DNA of 64,000 nucleotides from Macrostomum lignano (Eukaryota): NCBI GenBank assembly GCA_002269645.1, contig NIVC01003955.1, positions 1 to 64,000 of the forward strand, read 5' to 3'. Shown piece by piece: positions 49,909 to 64,000 of this stretch (position 1 is its first letter; each line of letters starts with the position of its first letter). The notes under the pieces were generated by a model. It saw only the letters and a program-made list of their open reading frames with translations, ran no database searches and was not told where the DNA came from. The position numbers and the translations under genes were made by a program.

Positions 49909-50077
49909 CGCGATAAAGACTGCACGGTTGAAAAATACATTATATTGAATCAAATATCTTAGCTCTATAAGCAGATTTTTTACGATTCGTTGTGGAGTCT
50001 AAAACGACGACCGATCTCATCAAATTCCTCGGACGATTGATTTTTGGATTAAGATTATTCTCCGAACATAACAGATG

Positions 50078-50123
50078 CAAGGACTACTAGACTAGGGTAA
50101 CGATGTGTTCCTAGTGGTCCTTG
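50078..50123. mobile_element. 46-bp minimal TIR element with 8-bp target-site duplication (one mismatch)
   Basis: AACAGATG|CAAGGACTACTAG...CTAGTGGTCCTTG|GACAGATG; same TIR as 29748-29786. Confidence 0.65.
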
Positions 50124-50626
50124 GACAGATGTCAGTGCAGTCATCAGAGCAGTGTGGCCTGCGAAGAACGCTTCGTAAATCTGTGTTATCTAAGAAATCA
50201 ATTGGAGGAGCCAAACTGCCTAAATGCTATTTTCTTAAAAGAGGAGTTTCTTAACAGTCTTGTCACTTGGTAATACATGATGGACTTCTTTGAATGTCAT
50301 GGCCTGTACAGAAAGTCAAACTGGGCACTTTCAACAGCTCATCGCTAATACCCATCCTGCCCCGAGATCAGCGTCGTCGTCCGCTACGAGTGATCGCGAT
50401 CCGGCCGCTCCACTGTCCTTTTGAAGGTTCGTCTCCCGATAATTGATGGCACCGACCCTGCCGCATTCCCGTAGTCGCGTAGAGAAATCGGGACCCAATA
50501 CTTCAGGCTCCATTTTGACTCTAAAGTACACGTCCCCTTTAAAAGTGGCTCGGCTCTGTGTAATCACTTAATTAAAATTTGAGAAACACACACAACAGGT
50601 TACAAATTCCACCTATTATGTCTTAC

Positions 50627-50690
50627 CTGGTTGGTAGCTGATTTCGTAGATTGAATTTTTGTAGGCTCCACCGCACAGCTGCTCTAATAC
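50627..50690 (-). pseudogene. Isolated C-terminal fragment of a WSC domain exon
   Basis: Minus strand EQLCGGAYKNSIYEISYQP followed by a GTAAG donor; matches QLCSGYFKNSIYKICY at about 51155-51205. Confidence 0.6.
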
Positions 50691-50848
50691 ACTAAGGCTT
50701 GGAAGTGTCTGCTTATTTCGACAAAAATTCTCACATTAGGATAGAAAGAAACAGGTGGTTTGAGAAGGTGAAAAAAAGCTGCCTTTCCACTCAGAAGAAG
50801 AAGTGAAATTCAGGGGTGTTTGTCTGCCCCAATAGTTTTTTTATCAGC

Positions 50849-51215
50849 ATGAAAACCATGCTTCTGAAGAGCCTCATCACTAGCTTTCTGCTTCTCTGGA
50901 CGTGGACAACCACTGAGGCTATCGTACCCCCACAACCTCTGAAATTTCGCTTCGTCGGTTGCTACAAAGACAGCAATACTAGAAGCAGACTTAACTGGAG
51001 CTTAGCAGCCAAATCTGCGCCTACGGTCGGTTCCGCTATACATGTACTTCGGTGCTCAAGCCTGAAGGTACTGCAGCTGTGGTTCCGCCTACGGCTCGCT
51101 CGATCGGAGCCGCTCCTGAGAGTCAGTGCAGCTCTGCCTGCTCTGGTAAGTCATCCCAGCTGTGCAGTGGATATTTCAAAAACTCGATCTACAAAATCTG
51201 CTACACTGCCAGTTA
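50849..51215 (+). pseudogene. Signal peptide + WSC domain, disrupted
   Basis: MKTMLLKSLITSFLLLWTWTTTEA...FVGCYKD, then in shifted frames QICAYGRFRY, YFGAQA*RYCSCGSAYG and ESQCSSACSGKSSQLCSG...NSIY. Several frameshifts and an in-frame stop. Confidence 0.75.
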
Positions 51216-51339
51216 GTCTTAGTACTTTCATTAGCTACAACTTAAATTCGAAAGAGATCGATAATATATTAACGTCAGTTTTATAGACTTCATTGTCTAA
51301 GACTCTTTCAGAAATTAGTTACACCTAAAAAAACTGTCA

Positions 51340-51995
51340 CACCCACAGTTAGTTCTAACGTTAAGCTGATGGAGAGGCTCATCCTGTGGAGGCTCCGAGA
51401 GTGCGACCTGTGCTACGCCCCCGTCAGTAAGTACCCGTACGCCTTCCAGCCTGGGAAGACGCGACTGAGCACGCTCTCCATGCCGTTACCTCAAGTTCGA
51501 GAGTGCCATCCTTAGCAAACAACTCGCTTGCGGGATGTTTGTAGACTTCGAAGGAGCCTTTGACAATGTTCTTTCCGCTCCTTCAGAAACTCCCTTTCCT
51601 GCAGGAATGAGACACAGCATTGTCCGCTGGATTTATTTTATGATCCAGTGAGACCGTTGCTGTCGTCTTCACCAAGCGCCGTGCGTGGGAGATGCAAAAC
51701 CTCACTGTCTATGGCAGGAACATCCCCTTCAAGAAGGAGGTCAAATATCTCGGTGTGACGCTAACGCATGACCTGCGCTGGACGAAGCACCTTGAAAACG
51801 CCATCGGGCCGACCTGGGGCCTCTCGCCAAGAACGGTCCGTTGGATTTATACCTGCATCATCTGGCCCAGCATCACGTACGCGAGTCTCATCTGGTCTAG
51901 CGCGCTGGAGCAGAAGACCGCCCGTGAGCGTCTTTACCAGCTGCAGGGCAGCCTCTGCCGCGCCATCACAGGTGCGTACCCGTCAACCCGAAGTT
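51340..51995 (+). mobile_element. Decayed non-LTR retrotransposon RT fragment (R1/LOA-like)
   Basis: LKLMERLIL..., [28 protein letters not shown]...[28 protein letters not shown]...RAITGA; internal deletions. Confidence 0.9.
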
Positions 51996-53869
51996 TAAAC
52001 GTCAAAATAGCAATTTAGCCAGAAAAAATCATTGAACTAGACGGTGTCGACATTGGCTTCAATCCACAGCTTCTGCTTTGACAGCCTATCCAGTCGACGG
52101 ATCCCCCGGCAACAACAGCTATTATAAAAACCGTTAGAGATGGATCACCGCCTGTATCCCGTAAGACGTATTTTTCGTCAACCTCTGTCTCAAAAGATTT
52201 CCTGTATTGCAATCCGACGTCAGCCACGTCGGGTGACGTTTCACGCGACGTTCAGCCGATGCATGACGTCGTTATCAGTCGATGCAATGTAAAAGTACAT
52301 ATTTGTCAGCGACTTCGGAAGCGTCGGCCTGACGTCGCTAACGTCGCAAGGATCAGAGCTACCACTTATCGATCTCTCGCTGAACGTCTTCTTTTGTTAG
52401 TGTTTGGAATCAGCAGTTTTTTACAGTTGAAGGCACCAGCGGCGACTCACTTTCTGTTTGCATCAGTACGTCATCAGTTAAACTGCCGAGATCAGGAAGC
52501 AAACCCTCTTTCGTGCTGCATTGGACATTGGGTCAGAAAGTACAAAATTGCTTGTCAATTAGCGGTTTGAGATTTTGGGACTAACTGGATGAGTCACACA
52601 TGGTTTTATTCGAGGCGTCGCCATGGATTTTATGATGACGGGACAAAGTCAAATATTTTACACGTACATGACTAAATGCCTACATGTACATTATTTTTAG
52701 AATCGGTGTGACGGTGTTGTCAGCGCTCATTTTGGCGATGCAGGCACTATATTTTAGCGCACTGAAGCAAAATTATTGATTTCCACAACCGGTCACAAGG
52801 TGGGGTGGAAGAACGAAGCATTGGGCTATCTGCTTTCGTGCGGTAATGCGTCTCAATTTGACGGAATCCCAATTCTTTAAGTTAATCAACTCTGAAAGAC
52901 AATTAATGATCTTGAAGTTCATTATTACTTGATAGAGGCAAGTCAATTAAACAAATATTGATAGGCTCGCAGTTCATCTTTGTATTGATTTCTTATCAAT
53001 TGTTTTCAATTTTTTTACAGTCGATGGAAACATTCAACAGAGTAAGCGTTTAGAAAGAATTAAACAAACGGCAACACAAATCCGACAATAATTAGTTTAT
53101 ATTACAGGGTAACAATGGAATATATAAACAAGCTTTGTAGCCAGTAACAGAACACTAAACACTGAATTTTTTATGTGCGTATAGCTTCAAATTATTCAAA
53201 TTATTCGCAAGTTTGTAAGCGTCAGGTTAAGTTGTTGCTCCATGTCTAAGAACAGTAAATAAAGACAAATTGTGTCTTTGTTTGTGTGTGAGCGAGTGCG
53301 AGAGAAGCATTATAACAAGCAGACGGAAGAAAGACAAATATATTGAGTCAGATGTTAAAAAAATATAGTCACATCAACTTGATTAAGCGTTCGATCAGAC
53401 AATGCACTGTTAGGGGATATTTATAGAAAGACACAAGAAGCAGCAGTAGCAGAGCCTTGAGTAGCAAGATTTATTAAATGATAATTAATTAACTTAATCG
53501 CTATAAAAAGGGATTAGGAGTACTTGGTGCAAACAACACAGCTACCGTTAATTAAGTTTTTTCAGCCCAGATTAAATAAAACGTAAAAGCAAAAATGTTG
53601 ATAGATCATGGAAAACACAAGTCAACTAAAAGTTGAATATATCGATTTTAACATTCTAAATGAAACTTCACACCAGCAGCCTAAGACTCCGCATGCTCAT
53701 CGTGCAGAATCCGGATTAAAATATGTTCAATATTTGTGTCTGATAGGTGTCTATGCAACATAATGGCGTAACTCATTTTTGCTGGTCTAAAGTCTCATTT
53801 AGATAAGTCAAAATCGATAATAACCAGCCTGTTTACAAATATTACCAGTAATGGAGTAACCATGCGTTC

Positions 53870-64000
<10,131 letters not shown>

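Noticed and set aside
49219-49953. ORFs (YLNVCL)n and (FKYRQT)n
   Set aside because: Stop-free frames of an 18-bp minisatellite.

Overview
Eukaryotic (animal, invertebrate-like) genomic DNA with spliced genes, short GT-AG introns and many mini/microsatellites. The style resembles a free-living flatworm such as Macrostomum, which is a guess only. No prokaryotic operons, rRNA or CRISPR. Layout: (1) 1-17.6 kb: three paralogues of a secreted protein (signal peptide + Cys-rich PAN-like domain + ALK/LTK-type glycine-rich domain), two in tandem and the third in a large tail-to-tail inverted duplication. (2) 20.6-21.3 kb: PAN + F-type lectin gene. (3) 22-27 kb: partial coiled-coil/spectrin-like gene. 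(4) 28.4-31.7 kb: ADAMTS-like M12B protease. (5) 32.7-48.9 kb: two diverged copies of a head-to-head module, each a multi-exon ankyrin/33-aa-repeat gene on the minus strand plus a homologous uninterrupted 416/436-aa ORF on the plus strand. The latter has no family I recognise, but carries a motif pattern resembling a PD-(D/E)xK nuclease with an S-x-K variant. This module is the best candidate for an undescribed system; its function is inference only. (6) 50-52 kb: WSC pseudogene pieces and a LINE fragment. (7) 53.9-64 kb: pecanex, with a different tandem repeat in each intron. Several single-base frameshifts in short homopolymer runs, including in pecanex, suggest long-read assembly errors. 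Gene models were spliced by eye and need transcript confirmation.
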